Source: Candidatus Aenigmatarchaeota archaeon (GTDB taxonomy: Archaea; Aenigmatarchaeota; Aenigmatarchaeia; CG10238-14; SCSR01). From it: a stretch of DNA of 64,000 nucleotides. Under the pieces are notes generated by a model. It had not been told where the DNA came from. It worked only from the letters and a program-made list of their open reading frames with translations, and did no database searches. A program made the position numbers and the translations under genes. The DNA lies in the NCBI GenBank assembly GCA_016177025.1, contig JACOWB010000007.1, positions 7,751-71,750 of the forward strand, in the 5' to 3' direction. This document shows, one piece after another, positions 1 through 8,814 of this stretch. How positions within the stretch are numbered: position 1 is the first letter of the stretch; every line of letters begins with the position of its first letter.

Positions 1-1
1 A

Positions 2-205
2 GATGTGAAATACGAGATTCAAAAAATTCACTGGGTGTCAGAACCTAATGTAAAAATCAAGATTGTCATGCCTGACGGCAAAGAATTCAATGCGTTAGCG
101 GAACCTGCAATTAAAAAACTGAAGAAAGGCGGTATTGTACAGTTTCCGAGAATCGGATTTGCAAAACTGGATAAGAATATGACTTTCTACTTTGCTCACA
201 AATAA
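2..205 (+). CDS. gltX: Glutamyl-tRNA synthetase, C-terminal end (partial, runs off window start)
   Basis: IHWV...IVQFPRIGFAKLD...FYFAHK matches the archaeal GluRS C-terminus. Confidence 0.85.
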   Translation, partial: DVKYEIQKIHWVSEPNVKIKIVMPDGKEFNALAEPAIKKLKKGGIVQFPRIGFAKLDKNMTFYFAHK

Positions 206-253
206 AGTATTTAAACGTTTCATCTATATAGAATTAGATGGATGTGGTAATGA

Positions 254-622
254 ATGCCGAAATCGTATATGAAGTTCGATGTACCTAAAGAACTGAGTGA
301 CCGAGTCCTGCAGGCGATAGAAGCAGCGAGGAATACCGGGAAAATAAGAAAAGGAACCAATGAAAGCACTAAAGCTGTGGAGAAAGGTGAAGCTAAATTG
401 CTGGCGATTGCCGGAGATGTTGAACCGGAAGAGATTGTTATGCACCTGCCCCCATTGTGCGACGAGAAGAAAATCCCTTATGTCTATGTGCCTAGCAAGA
501 CGGATTTAGGCAGAGCAGCGGGTCTGGACGTTCCTTCTGCGGCAATATCTATAGTGGAGCCTGGTGAAGGGAAGGAACTGTTGAAAACCGTTGTTGATGA
601 AGTGGAAAAACTAGTAAAGTGA
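254..622 (+). CDS. rpl7ae: Ribosomal protein L7Ae / eL8 (K-turn binding)
   Basis: [21 protein letters not shown]...[22 protein letters not shown]...LGRAAG. Confidence 0.97.
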   Translation: MPKSYMKFDVPKELSDRVLQAIEAARNTGKIRKGTNESTKAVEKGEAKLLAIAGDVEPEEIVMHLPPLCDEKKIPYVYVPSKTDLGRAAGLDVPSAAISIVEPGEGKELLKTVVDEVEKLVK

Positions 623-626
623 TCTT

Positions 627-836
627 GTGGCCGGCGAAGCTTATCCTGCAGAAGTATTGCAACTGCTTGGCAGGACTGGTGTCAAGGGGGTTATGCAGGT
701 AAGATGCAGGGTGCTTGAAGGATCTGACAAAGGAAAAATATTGACAAGAAACGTCGTCGGACCTATCAAGGCAAAGGATATACTCATGCTGAGAGAGACA
801 GAGATGGAAGCTGCCGGAAGAATGGAATCTAGGTAA
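627..836 (+). CDS. rps28e: Ribosomal protein S28e
   Basis: [16 protein letters not shown]...[23 protein letters not shown] start; canonical position after L7Ae. Confidence 0.95.
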   Translation: MAGEAYPAEVLQLLGRTGVKGVMQVRCRVLEGSDKGKILTRNVVGPIKAKDILMLRETEMEAAGRMESR

Positions 837-841
837 TTGAC

Positions 842-1018
842 ATGAGGTGCTCATTTTGCGGTTCGGACATTGCAAAAGGAACAGGTAAGATGTTCGTCAA
901 GAATACTGGGGAGATATTTTACTTCGACAAATCAAAATGTGAGAATAATTTTTCCATGGGCAGGGACAAGAAAAAGATAAAGTGGGTCAAACGAGAGAAG
1001 AAAATTAAGAAAAGATGA
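842..1018 (+). CDS. rpl24e: Ribosomal protein L24e (58 aa, not in ORF track)
   Basis: Hand translation MRCSFCGSDIAKGTGKMFVKNTGEIFYFDKSKCENNFSMGRDKKKIKWVKREKKIKKR; L7Ae-S28e-L24e synteny. Confidence 0.93.
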   Translation: MRCSFCGSDIAKGTGKMFVKNTGEIFYFDKSKCENNFSMGRDKKKIKWVKREKKIKKR

Positions 1019-1028
1019 TTATTGTTTT

Positions 1029-1116
1029 GGGCTGGTAGGTCAGTCCGGTAGACCGCGTGCATATTTATCAGCACAAGGCATGCATGAAGTCGTGGGTTCA
1101 AATCCCACCCAGTCCA
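1029..1116 (+). tRNA. tRNA-Ala(GGC) with 14-nt non-canonical intron at 33/34 (intron 1063-1076)
   Basis: Acceptor GGGCTGG/CCAGTCC with G3:U70; D stem GGTC/GACC; anticodon stem CGTGC/GCATG; T arm GTGGG-TTCAAAT-CCCAC; BHB helix GTGC/GCAC with bulges AT|A and AA|G. Confidence 0.9.
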
Positions 1117-1419
1117 CTATCGAATTTCTATCTTGCCTTCGTCTATTTCTCTAACGATTTCGGCTGGCCGCTTTCCATTTACTAAAACCCCGTTCATAGA
1201 ATTCAGAGTCCCCAAAACAATCTTGACCGCGCCTTTCAAATCCTTCGCGGATAATTTGTCCATTCTTTGCTTCGCTATCTCAACAACTTTCTCGAGTTTG
1301 CCATCGGCGACATATGTTATTCCTTTGGCCTTGTCCTCTTCTGTAATCTTTGCCGTATCTATTTTGAACTCCTTCTTGATCAATTTGACTGTCTCGCTTC
1401 TCGGTTCTTTCTTCGCCAC
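1117..1419 (-). CDS. rpl11: Ribosomal protein uL11, rRNA-binding C-terminal domain only
   Basis: LIKKE...VVEIAKQRM..L.AKDLKGAVKIVLGTLNSMNG; immediately downstream of spt5; N-terminal domain absent. Confidence 0.85.
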   Translation of the reverse strand: MAKKEPRSETVKLIKKEFKIDTAKITEEDKAKGITYVADGKLEKVVEIAKQRMDKLSAKDLKGAVKIVLGTLNSMNGVLVNGKRPAEIVREIDEGKIEIR

Positions 1420-1860
1420 TTATTTCACCTTCTGCGAGATTTTCACAAATTCAACCGATACCGTGATGGGAATAGGCACTGGCGTCTCTGTGGGCTCCAT
1501 CGTCAATTCTCTTTTCACCTTGTCGTATCTTGTCACTTTACCTTTCTCCCCTTTGAACGGTCCGCCTATAATTTCGATTATGTCGCCTACATTCAGTTCG
1601 ACCTCAACTTTTCTCGGCTGCAAAAATCGTTCTATCTGGGAGATCTCCACAGGCTTCTTTATCAGGCCACGCGAATGCGGGAGGCCTTTGACGGCTTTTT
1701 CGATATCGTCTATGTTCCCCTCGATGAAGACGTATCCTTTGATTTCCTCTGGATGAACAAGAGCCTGGATGCCGAGGCTTTCTGTTCTGGCCTTAGAGAC
1801 GAGCGCATCAATCACGACATTCTCCCTTCCGACCACTGTCTTGACTGTGTATATCATCAC
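1420..1860 (-). CDS. spt5: Transcription elongation factor Spt5 (NusG)
   Basis: NGN domain (VKTVVGRE, KGYVFIE) plus KOW (GDIIEIIGGPFKGEKGKV). Confidence 0.96.
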   Translation of the reverse strand: MMIYTVKTVVGRENVVIDALVSKARTESLGIQALVHPEEIKGYVFIEGNIDDIEKAVKGLPHSRGLIKKPVEISQIERFLQPRKVEVELNVGDIIEIIGGPFKGEKGKVTRYDKVKRELTMEPTETPVPIPITVSVEFVKISQKVK

Positions 1861-2039
1861 AATCCACCGATTAAAGCCGATACAAGATAGAACATAAATC
1901 CTATTGCTCCGACTATGGCTATTCCAATGCCGCAGATCCTGACCGTTTCGAGGAACTCTTCCTTGTCGGCCTTTTTTGCAATCGACAGTATTCTGACGTA
2001 ATTTTGCAGTGTTTCTTTAATGTTCATAAAAACAATCAA
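1857..2039 (-). CDS. secE: Protein translocase subunit SecE / Sec61-gamma
   Basis: YVRILSIAKKADKEEF...GIAIVGAIGF; ftsZ-secE-spt5 synteny. Confidence 0.93.
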   Translation of the reverse strand: MIVFMNIKETLQNYVRILSIAKKADKEEFLETVRICGIGIAIVGAIGFMFYLVSALIGGL

Positions 2040-2060
2040 GAATTTCTATAGTATTTAAAT

Positions 2061-3161
2061 TTACTGTACGTCGACAAAATCAACGCCGAGTATCTTCTCT
2101 ATGTCTTTTTTCTTTTGTTTTTCCCATGGCCTGTCAGGACTGAATATCTGCGGCGACTTGACGCCTGTGACAACAATCAATGTCCTCACACCGTCTCCAA
2201 GCGCTTTGTCTACCTGCACGCCCCATATTATCTTGGCCTCTGGCGAGAGTTTTGAGGAAATCGTCTCTGCTATTTGTTGGGCCTCTCTTATTGTTATGTC
2301 AGGCCCGCCAATAACATTGATCAGTGCGCCGCCTGCGCCGTTGACATCTACAGCCAACAGTGGATTGTTCAGCGCCCTTTCAACAGATTCGAACGCCTTG
2401 TTCTCTGAATTGCTTTCGCCCATGCCTATCATAGCAAGCCCGCCTTCTTTCATTATTGCGCGCACATCAGCGAAATCCAGATTAACCAGACCCGGCTTTG
2501 TCACAAGCTCCGTAATGCCCTTGACCGCGTTGACGAGTATCTCGTCGGCGACTTTGAATGCCGTCACTATGCTGACATCCGGAACGATTTCCAACAGCTT
2601 GTCGTTGGGAATGACTATCAATGTGTCGACAACACCATCCAAATTTTTCAGTCCTTCTCGCGCGTTTACCAATCTTGATCTGCCTTCCATGGCAAATGGA
2701 AGTGTGACTATGGCTACTGTTAAAGCACCCATTTTCTTGGCTATGTCCGCGACGACTGGAGCGCTTCCTGTTCCCGTGCCCCCGCCCAAGCCGCATGTGA
2801 TAAATACCATATCAGCGCCCTGCAGGAACTTTTTAATCTCCTCCTTGCTTTCCTTTGCGGCCTCCATCCCTACTTGCGGATTGGCGCCTGCTCCAAGTCC
2901 TTGCGTGAGATCCCTGCCAATAACCAGCTTCTTGTCGGCCTCTGTATTCAGAAGATCCATTGCGTCGGTATTAAGAGCTATAGTTTCTGCGCCTGTGATG
3001 CCCACTTGCATCAATCTCGTAATAGTGTTACCCCCGCCTCCGCCGCAACCGACAACCTTTATGGTCGTCTGCCTTGCGTCCAGCATTGCCTTGATTTCCA
3101 CGTCATACTCGCTTACTCTTTCTGTCCTCAACGGCCTTTCAGACAATTGCCTTACTCCCAT
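2061..3161 (-). CDS. ftsZ: Cell division protein FtsZ
   Basis: IKVVGCGGGGGN, GLGGGTGTG signature, NLDFADV T7 loop. Confidence 0.98.
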   Translation of the reverse strand: MGVRQLSERPLRTERVSEYDVEIKAMLDARQTTIKVVGCGGGGGNTITRLMQVGITGAETIALNTDAMDLLNTEADKKLVIGRDLTQGLGAGANPQVGMEAAKESKEEIKKFLQGADMVFITCGLGGGTGTGSAPVVADIAKKMGALTVAIVTLPFAMEGRSRLVNAREGLKNLDGVVDTLIVIPNDKLLEIVPDVSIVTAFKVADEILVNAVKGITELVTKPGLVNLDFADVRAIMKEGGLAMIGMGESNSENKAFESVERALNNPLLAVDVNGAGGALINVIGGPDITIREAQQIAETISSKLSPEAKIIWGVQVDKALGDGVRTLIVVTGVKSPQIFSPDRPWEKQKKKDIEKILGVDFVDVQ

Positions 3162-3200
3162 AGAAATCTTATAATTAATTCACACGGCAAAGATATATGC

Positions 3201-3869
3201 TTAATTTTTCTTTTCGAACGTGTCCACAAAATTGACTTTGGCTATGCCATCGACCCATTTCATTATTGTGTCGGCGATGCCTTGTTTAACTTGCTTCGGG
3301 AAGTCGAATTTTTGCGCGTTGATTGTAGCTTCACTGCCATTTACAGTGACGTTAGCGTCCTCGTATTTTATCCCGGTGAAATATCTGACGGCTGATTTTA
3401 TTTTGTCGTTGCTCTCTAGGATTTCCTCCTTGATTTCAACTTCATATTCGATTGCTTTGCCCGCTAAAGGATGGTTGAAATCGACCTTCACCCGTCCGCC
3501 GTCAATTGAAAGGATTTTTCCCTGAAGGCCGTTAAAATTTACCATTCTGCCAGGCGAAGGTTCCATCTTGTTGTCCTTGAAAACCGACATCGGCAGCAAC
3601 TTGATCAATTCTGGATTTTTTTCACCGAATGCCTTATCAGAAGCTAGATTTACTTTTTTCTTTTCGCCTACGTTCAATTCCTTTACGGCGTCCTCCAATC
3701 CAGGAATGAGTTGGCGCGCACCGATAATTATTGGGATCGGACCGTAGTTTGTTTTCTCATTGTATATCCCCGCAAGCTTGGCCATCTCCTCGCTTGTGGT
3801 ATCGAAAACCTCGTCTGTATCCTTGATTCTCCCTGTGAACTCGATGCTGACAAAATCTCCTTCTTTCAT
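3201..3869 (-). CDS. slyD: FKBP-type peptidyl-prolyl isomerase (long archaeal SlyD type)
   Basis: GDFVSIEFTG...VFDTT...LIPGLE...VDFNHPLAGK. Confidence 0.93.
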   Translation of the reverse strand: MKEGDFVSIEFTGRIKDTDEVFDTTSEEMAKLAGIYNEKTNYGPIPIIIGARQLIPGLEDAVKELNVGEKKKVNLASDKAFGEKNPELIKLLPMSVFKDNKMEPSPGRMVNFNGLQGKILSIDGGRVKVDFNHPLAGKAIEYEVEIKEEILESNDKIKSAVRYFTGIKYEDANVTVNGSEATINAQKFDFPKQVKQGIADTIMKWVDGIAKVNFVDTFEKKN

Positions 3870-3948
3870 TCTTTCACATTTGCGGAGAAGATTTAAAAAG
3901 ATTCTGTTTTTGTTTCAAGAATTTAAAGTTTAATTTCAATCTCTGATT

Positions 3949-4299
3949 ATGAAATTATTCAAGAGGAAGGAAGACTGGAAAAATAATTTGGATGATGAAA
4001 GCAAGCAACTATTGTCCGAGGTATTGGACTCGACAAAGAAGCATAGATATGCGTATAATTCCGCCGATGATGTGAAGATTGCACAATTATGGACCGCGTT
4101 GGTTGAGTTGAAGAAGGAATTGAATAGAACGAATGAATTATTAGGAAAACTGCAGGAACCGTGGAAGGCTATTGTTTCTGTCGGTGAAGAGGAGAAGAGG
4201 AAGACTGTTGAAAAGCTCGTGCAGGATATTATCAAGCCTGTCGATGAGACGACACAGGAAGCCACGCAGAAGCTTGTGGAAAGCTTGATGAAATTTTAA
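3949..4299 (+). CDS. Hypothetical coiled-coil protein
   Basis: 116-aa ORF with genome-typical composition; AY..ADDVKIAQLWTAL segment; divergent from slyD. Confidence 0.7.
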   Translation: MKLFKRKEDWKNNLDDESKQLLSEVLDSTKKHRYAYNSADDVKIAQLWTALVELKKELNRTNELLGKLQEPWKAIVSVGEEEKRKTVEKLVQDIIKPVDETTQEATQKLVESLMKF

Positions 4300-4323
4300 A
4301 TATTGTTATAGCTAATTAAACCT

Positions 4324-4632
4324 ATGGCCGTCTTAAACAAGATTTTGAAATTAAATTCTACACTTAACAAGTGGTCTGGAAAACATCTCAATTGGACCTA
4401 TTTTATAGGCATGGTATTGTTATCGATTGTGGGGATATGGATAGCTCTATTTCTTACTGGTGTCGCTAACAATCTTTTATTTTCGTTGATTCTTCTTATT
4501 GTTGGTATTGATTTTTCCATCTGGATTCTGCGAAGAAAAAATAGGAGTAACTGGTGGTTGTTGTTCTATTTTATAGGTGGTAATTTAATATTTCTACTAT
4601 TGCAGAATAAAAAATCTAAAAGAAAAATGTAA
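4324..4632 (+). CDS. Small membrane protein
   Basis: Three hydrophobic segments, AT-rich, basic C-terminus; lies beyond the tRNA-Leu 3' end. Confidence 0.6.
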   Translation: MAVLNKILKLNSTLNKWSGKHLNWTYFIGMVLLSIVGIWIALFLTGVANNLLFSLILLIVGIDFSIWILRRKNRSNWWLLFYFIGGNLIFLLLQNKKSKRKM

Positions 4633-4655
4633 TGTGGTCGTAGATTTGGACTAAA

Positions 4656-4778
4656 TGCAGGGGGTGAGATTTGAACTCACGAAGGCACTAAGCCAGCGGA
4701 TTTCTCATATCATCTTTGCTCAAATCTTAAGTGGATAACTTAAGCCCGCCCCAATTGACCAGGCTATGGGACCCCTGC
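4656..4778 (-). tRNA. tRNA-Leu(TAA) with 37-nt intron at 37/38 (intron 4702-4738)
   Basis: Reverse complement: acceptor GCAGGGG/CCCCTGC-A; anticodon stem GCGGG/TCCGC; loop CT-TAA-G|A; long variable arm; T arm GTGAG-TTCAAAT-CTCAC; BHB helix CTTA/TGAG. Confidence 0.92.
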
Positions 4779-4827
4779 GTAAGTAATTATAGAACCCGTT
4801 ATCTAATTAACCTTTTCGCTCGAGTCT

Positions 4828-5082
4828 CTAGATTCTCGATCTCAACAAAGGATAGTTTACATTGTGATATATGGTTTTACTGCCATCCGAACTGCGTACC
4901 AATGCTTCCCCGAAAATGATTCCCTGCTCCAATAAATCTTCGACTGGGTACCTGCCTTTTCTGAGAGTATCTGCGGAAATATACCATCCACCAAAACCCG
5001 GCCTGCCATGAAGATTTACATACTCCATAAGACTAATCAGGACATTTCTATTAACTGTATGGAGACCATCTACCATTTTCAC
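4828..5082 (-). CDS. Hypothetical protein
   Basis: 84-aa ORF whose start overlaps the rpoD stop; no recognised motif. Confidence 0.45.
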   Translation of the reverse strand: MKMVDGLHTVNRNVLISLMEYVNLHGRPGFGGWYISADTLRKGRYPVEDLLEQGIIFGEALVRSSDGSKTIYHNVNYPLLRSRI

Positions 5083-5837
5083 TTCAACTTCTTGACAGCC
5101 TTGTCGAATTCCTTTATCTTCTCTTCCAGAATCCCAGCCGATTCCATCACAATATCCTCAACGTCTGAACCGGAAGCTGTTTCAACGTCAAAAAGAAAAC
5201 TGTCGTCTGTCGGTTTGAACGCATCGCCGTCTTCATTTAGTGACTTGCATAATGCGCACTCGACAGGCTGGACATTAATTCCTTTCACGTCTTTCACATG
5301 GAATAAATGATTATCGCATAATTTCATTTCGCCTGCCTTTGATTTGGCTTCGAACAAATTGGTATATCCGACCACGGCTCCCTGCCATTTGGAATGTTCT
5401 TTTCCTAATCCTAGCGTTGCTATAGCTTCGAATTCAATCTCCTGGCCTTCAAACAGCTCAACTATCGGAGTCTTGTCGAAAACTGGGACTATGTCCTTTG
5501 CTTTGGATTTCAAATCGGCGGCATAAACCATCCCAGGACCCTTCTTCTTCAGTGTGAGCTTCACCTGGCACAAACTGCATCCCTTTCCTTCGCACTTGCA
5601 GTCTTTGGTCATATTATAGGATTTCTTGTCGAACTTCAGTGGGATGTGTCCGATCCTGTTAGCGGCAATCTCGTCGTTGAGCACGGAATCATTCTTTACA
5701 AAGTCCACCCATTCGATAGCCATGGTAGGAATCTCGCCCATCATTATCCTTCTAAGCTCATTGGCGAAAGGCGGCTGTACGCCTTCTACGAAAAACTTTA
5801 TTTCTGAATCAGACCGATCAACTATCTGTACCTTCAT
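5079..5837 (-). CDS. rpoD: DNA-directed RNA polymerase subunit D (Rpo3)
   Basis: FANELRRIMMGEIPTMAIE...NDSVLNDEIAANRIGHIPL...CKCEGKGCSLC...GKEHSKWQ. Confidence 0.96.
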   Translation of the reverse strand: MKVQIVDRSDSEIKFFVEGVQPPFANELRRIMMGEIPTMAIEWVDFVKNDSVLNDEIAANRIGHIPLKFDKKSYNMTKDCKCEGKGCSLCQVKLTLKKKGPGMVYAADLKSKAKDIVPVFDKTPIVELFEGQEIEFEAIATLGLGKEHSKWQGAVVGYTNLFEAKSKAGEMKLCDNHLFHVKDVKGINVQPVECALCKSLNEDGDAFKPTDDSFLFDVETASGSDVEDIVMESAGILEEKIKEFDKAVKKLK

Positions 5838-5894
5838 CCAACCAACTAACAGTAGAAGAATTGGTTTTTGTAATAATTTAAAGCTTATGCTGGA

Positions 5895-6104
5895 TTACTT
5901 CAAAAGTCTTAGAAATACTAGGATGTCCCTTGCTTTGCCTATTCCTCTGGCCTGAGCCAAATAGGATGTCAGTATCGTCAAAGCCAGTATTCCTGTGACT
6001 ATTGAAATTGCTTTTAGCGAGCTGGCGCCTGTCAGTTCGTAGGCTACCGCAGCGAAAAAGCTAATCAAAATTCCCATCTTGCCGATATCTTTGAATATCC
6101 CCAT
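5895..6104 (-). CDS. Small two-TM membrane protein between S11 and rpoD
   Basis: 69 aa, two hydrophobic helices. Confidence 0.55.
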   Translation of the reverse strand: MGIFKDIGKMGILISFFAAVAYELTGASSLKAISIVTGILALTILTSYLAQARGIGKARDILVFLRLLK

Positions 6105-6231
6105 GGTATCACTTTACCGATAAATAAAATTAGGGAGAAAGGGATATAAAGATTGCTGTTCTGAATTCCATTTGTAGGTATATGAAAAGGTAAAAACAGC
6201 TTTATTTTAAACGAAATCGGCTTGTAACAGC

Positions 6232-6636
6232 TTAGACTCTTCTACCCAAGCGTCCACCTTTCTTTCGAAGCTCGCCGTGGGTTGTAGGCGTCACATCTTC
6301 GATGGTGCCAATTCTAAGCCCTGCACGCGCCAGGCTTCTGATAGCTGGCTGGGCACCCATACCCGGTGACTTGCTATACTGGGATCCTCTGGCTCTAACT
6401 CGTATGTGAATGCCTGTCAGTCCCTTCTCTTTCGCCATCTCAGCCGCTTTCCTGGCCGCCAACATTGCTGGAAACGGCATTCCCTGTTCCCTGTCTTTGT
6501 CCGTCATCATTCCTCCTGAGTATCTGGAGAATGTCTCACTGCCTGTCAGGTCGGTGATGTGAATAATTGTATTGTTGGCTGTGCTATAGATATTAGCCAC
6601 TCCCCATCTTTCCTGTTTACTCGGCTGTTCCACCAT
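6232..6636 (-). CDS. rps11: Ribosomal protein uS11 (start re-assigned to MVEQ)
   Basis: [22 protein letters not shown]...[28 protein letters not shown]. Confidence 0.96.
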   Translation of the reverse strand: MVEQPSKQERWGVANIYSTANNTIIHITDLTGSETFSRYSGGMMTDKDREQGMPFPAMLAARKAAEMAKEKGLTGIHIRVRARGSQYSKSPGMGAQPAIRSLARAGLRIGTIEDVTPTTHGELRKKGGRLGRRV

Positions 6637-7120
6637 TAACACCACTTGTATTTGCTTTTTTAACGGGGAGAGTTTTAACAACTATCGCATCTTCCTCAGC
6701 TACCGGTACCATATAACTGGGAAAGGCGACTTTTTTGTTTTCTATCATGACATTGCCGTGCGTTATGAATTGTCTTGCCTGTTTTGGCGTGTTTGCAAAC
6801 CCTTTCTTATGCAACACTGTTTGCAATCTTCGATTGAGGAAATCGTCTATCGTCAACCCAAGTATCGAATCGAGCGCCGAGTCTTTTGTCACAAGCCCGA
6901 ACTTCATCAACCTCTCCATAAGAACTTTTTCCTTTTTTTCATCTTTCCTGGCCGCCAGTTCCCTTGCCAACCTTCTGTACTTCCTCAGCATAGCCTGTGT
7001 CTTCCATATTTCTCTCTTTGATTTGAGCCCGAAGTTTTTGATGATGACTTTTTCCGATTCAATTCTCTCTTTGTCCCATGGTCTTGTTGGCGTCTGGTAT
7101 TTTTTCCTTTGTCTCTTCAT
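6617..7120 (-). CDS. rps4: Ribosomal protein uS4
   Basis: [11 protein letters not shown]...[10 protein letters not shown]...RRLQT...[11 protein letters not shown]. Confidence 0.97.
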   Translation of the reverse strand: MKRQRKKYQTPTRPWDKERIESEKVIIKNFGLKSKREIWKTQAMLRKYRRLARELAARKDEKKEKVLMERLMKFGLVTKDSALDSILGLTIDDFLNRRLQTVLHKKGFANTPKQARQFITHGNVMIENKKVAFPSYMVPVAEEDAIVVKTLPVKKANTSGVNGGTAE

Positions 7121-7124
7121 TCAT

Positions 7125-7730
7125 TCACTTCTTTGTTTGTGCAGGTGGTGGTGCGGGCGTGGCGGTTGCCGGAGCTTGCTTCTGCAGTGCAACTTTTTTA
7201 AGTACGCCTACTGTTCTGCCGGTGACTCGAAATGTGCTTCTTGTCCTCTGACCTCTGACCGGCTGCCCAAGCATATGCCTCCAACCTTTGTATGTCTTCA
7301 GGTTGATATAACGCTGGATGTCGAACTTTTTTGCGATATCCAAGTCCGAACTCGTTAGATGCATATCCAGTCCTGTCTCGCGGTCCTTTCTTCTGTTGAC
7401 CAAAAAGGGAGGAATGCCGAAATTTATCGGGTTCTTTATCGCGCTTTCCAATGTGCCAATCTCGGACTCGGTGAGGTCCCCCAGTTTCCTGTTAGGAGCA
7501 AGCTTGGATGCAAGACAGATTGCCATGCTTGCCGCAACACCTATGCCTCTTATTTTTCTAAGAGCTCGCACGACCGGTTTTCCGCCGTCAAGGTCTGTTC
7601 CTGCAACACGAATTATAAATTGCGGTATATCCCTAGCTTCAGGTCTTTTCTTGTCTTCTTTCTTCTCTTCCTTAATTTCCTTTCCCTTTTCCTTTGCGGA
7701 ATCCTTCGCTTTTATTTTCGTCGAACCCAT
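7125..7730 (-). CDS. rps13: Ribosomal protein uS13 with charged N-terminal extension
   Basis: IIRVAGTDLDG...IRGIG...NRRKDRETG...YKGWRH..GQPVRGQRTRS. Confidence 0.97.
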   Translation of the reverse strand: MGSTKIKAKDSAKEKGKEIKEEKKEDKKRPEARDIPQFIIRVAGTDLDGGKPVVRALRKIRGIGVAASMAICLASKLAPNRKLGDLTESEIGTLESAIKNPINFGIPPFLVNRRKDRETGLDMHLTSSDLDIAKKFDIQRYINLKTYKGWRHMLGQPVRGQRTRSTFRVTGRTVGVLKKVALQKQAPATATPAPPPAQTKK

Positions 7731-7814
7731 CTTATCACAGAGATTTTAATCTATAGGAATTTAAGCCTTATAAGAATATAGAAAAGACTGGACAAAATCA
7801 AAAATTTCTTTGAA

Positions 7815-8111
7815 CTACACCTTCAAATCCTTTTTCCAGTCTCTTAGCGAGTCCAGCACTAGGTATACTAGTGCAATTACCGCCACTACTTCACCCAGCA
7901 GTTGCGCTACATTGCCGACTAGCGAATTGACAGACAGTCCGTACACATCTGGCAAAGTGAATACGCCCGCGACTAGAAACAGAAGACCCGCCGATGCCAA
8001 AAGTCTGAAAGCATGTGGTCTGCTTTGTCTGTACTTGGAGTATTCTGCCAAGGCGACTACTACAAAGATCGCAACTGCTAAATTTATAGTAGCTACGTCG
8101 AAGAACACCAT
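7815..8111 (-). CDS. Small three-TM membrane protein
   Basis: 98 aa, three hydrophobic segments. Confidence 0.6.
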   Translation of the reverse strand: MVFFDVATINLAVAIFVVVALAEYSKYRQSRPHAFRLLASAGLLFLVAGVFTLPDVYGLSVNSLVGNVAQLLGEVVAVIALVYLVLDSLRDWKKDLKV

Positions 8112-8161
8112 TTTTCACCTTATAAATTATTAACGTTTATAAATATTAAATACGTAGTTGG

Positions 8162-8196
8162 ATTGTCCCGTTGGACTGCCTAGGCAGGAGGGTAAT
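8162..8196 (+). promoter_or_regulatory. Putative uL1 autoregulatory mRNA operator overlapping the RBS
   Basis: CCC-GTTGGA-CTGC(CTAG)GCAG-GA-GGG: two helices flanking a 6x2 asymmetric loop; includes the GGAGG Shine-Dalgarno of rpl1. Confidence 0.6.
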
Positions 8197-8814
8197 ATGT
8201 TGGAGCAAATCGAGAAAACTATAACAGAATTGAAGAAAAGCGATAAAAAAAACTTTGTTCAAAGTGTCGACTTGGTTGTTTCTTTGAAGGGCATTGATTT
8301 GAAAAAGCCTGAGAGCAAGTTTTCCGAAGATTTGGTTCTTCCTCATGGGAGAGAGAAGGATGCGACTGTTGTCGTTTTTTCGGACAACCTAAAGGATTTG
8401 GGATGCGACATCCTTTCGTCTGCTGACATACAGAGGATTGCAGGCGACAAAAGGGAAGCAAAAAACATTGCTGGAAACACAGACTTCTTTTTATCCGAGC
8501 CTCCATTGATGCCTCTCATAGGGAAAGTATTGGGGCAGACATTGGCCCCTAGAGGAAAGATGCCGAAGCTTATAACAGGGGATCCAGCGAAGCTTGTTGA
8601 AAATTATAAGAGGAGTGTTAGGATTGGTGTGAAAAACTCGCCGGTGATACAATGTTTTGTCGGCAAGGAGAACATGGACACTGGGAAAACCGCTGAGAAC
8701 GTTGAAGCTGTTATAAAATTTTTGGAGACCAAGCTGCCGCGGGGAAGACAGAACATAGGAAAGGTTTTGTTGAAGCTCACAATGGGCAAACCTGTAAAAA
8801 TTGAGGTGAAATGA
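8197..8814 (+). CDS. rpl1: Ribosomal protein uL1 (start re-assigned to ATG 8197 after GGAGG)
   Basis: KKNFVQSVDLVVSLKGIDLKKP...LPHG...LAPRGKMP...KLTMGKPVKI. Confidence 0.96.
   Translation: MLEQIEKTITELKKSDKKNFVQSVDLVVSLKGIDLKKPESKFSEDLVLPHGREKDATVVVFSDNLKDLGCDILSSADIQRIAGDKREAKNIAGNTDFFLSEPPLMPLIGKVLGQTLAPRGKMPKLITGDPAKLVENYKRSVRIGVKNSPVIQCFVGKENMDTGKTAENVEAVIKFLETKLPRGRQNIGKVLLKLTMGKPVKIEVK

Noticed and set aside
842..1018. Cys-to-Asp change in the L24e zinc site (YFDKSKC)
   Set aside because: Zn-ligand loss is common in ribosomal proteins; not notable on its own.
2101..3174. 357-aa + strand ORF and the many other antisense or alternate-frame ORFs in the track
   Set aside because: They are shadows of clearly identified genes on the opposite strand (here ftsZ) and have no motifs of their own.
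6105..6231. Nested short complementarities (CCGAT/ATCGG, GCTGTT/AACAGC) in the spacer after rps11
   Set aside because: Short AT-rich stems are compatible with chance; no recognisable RNA family.
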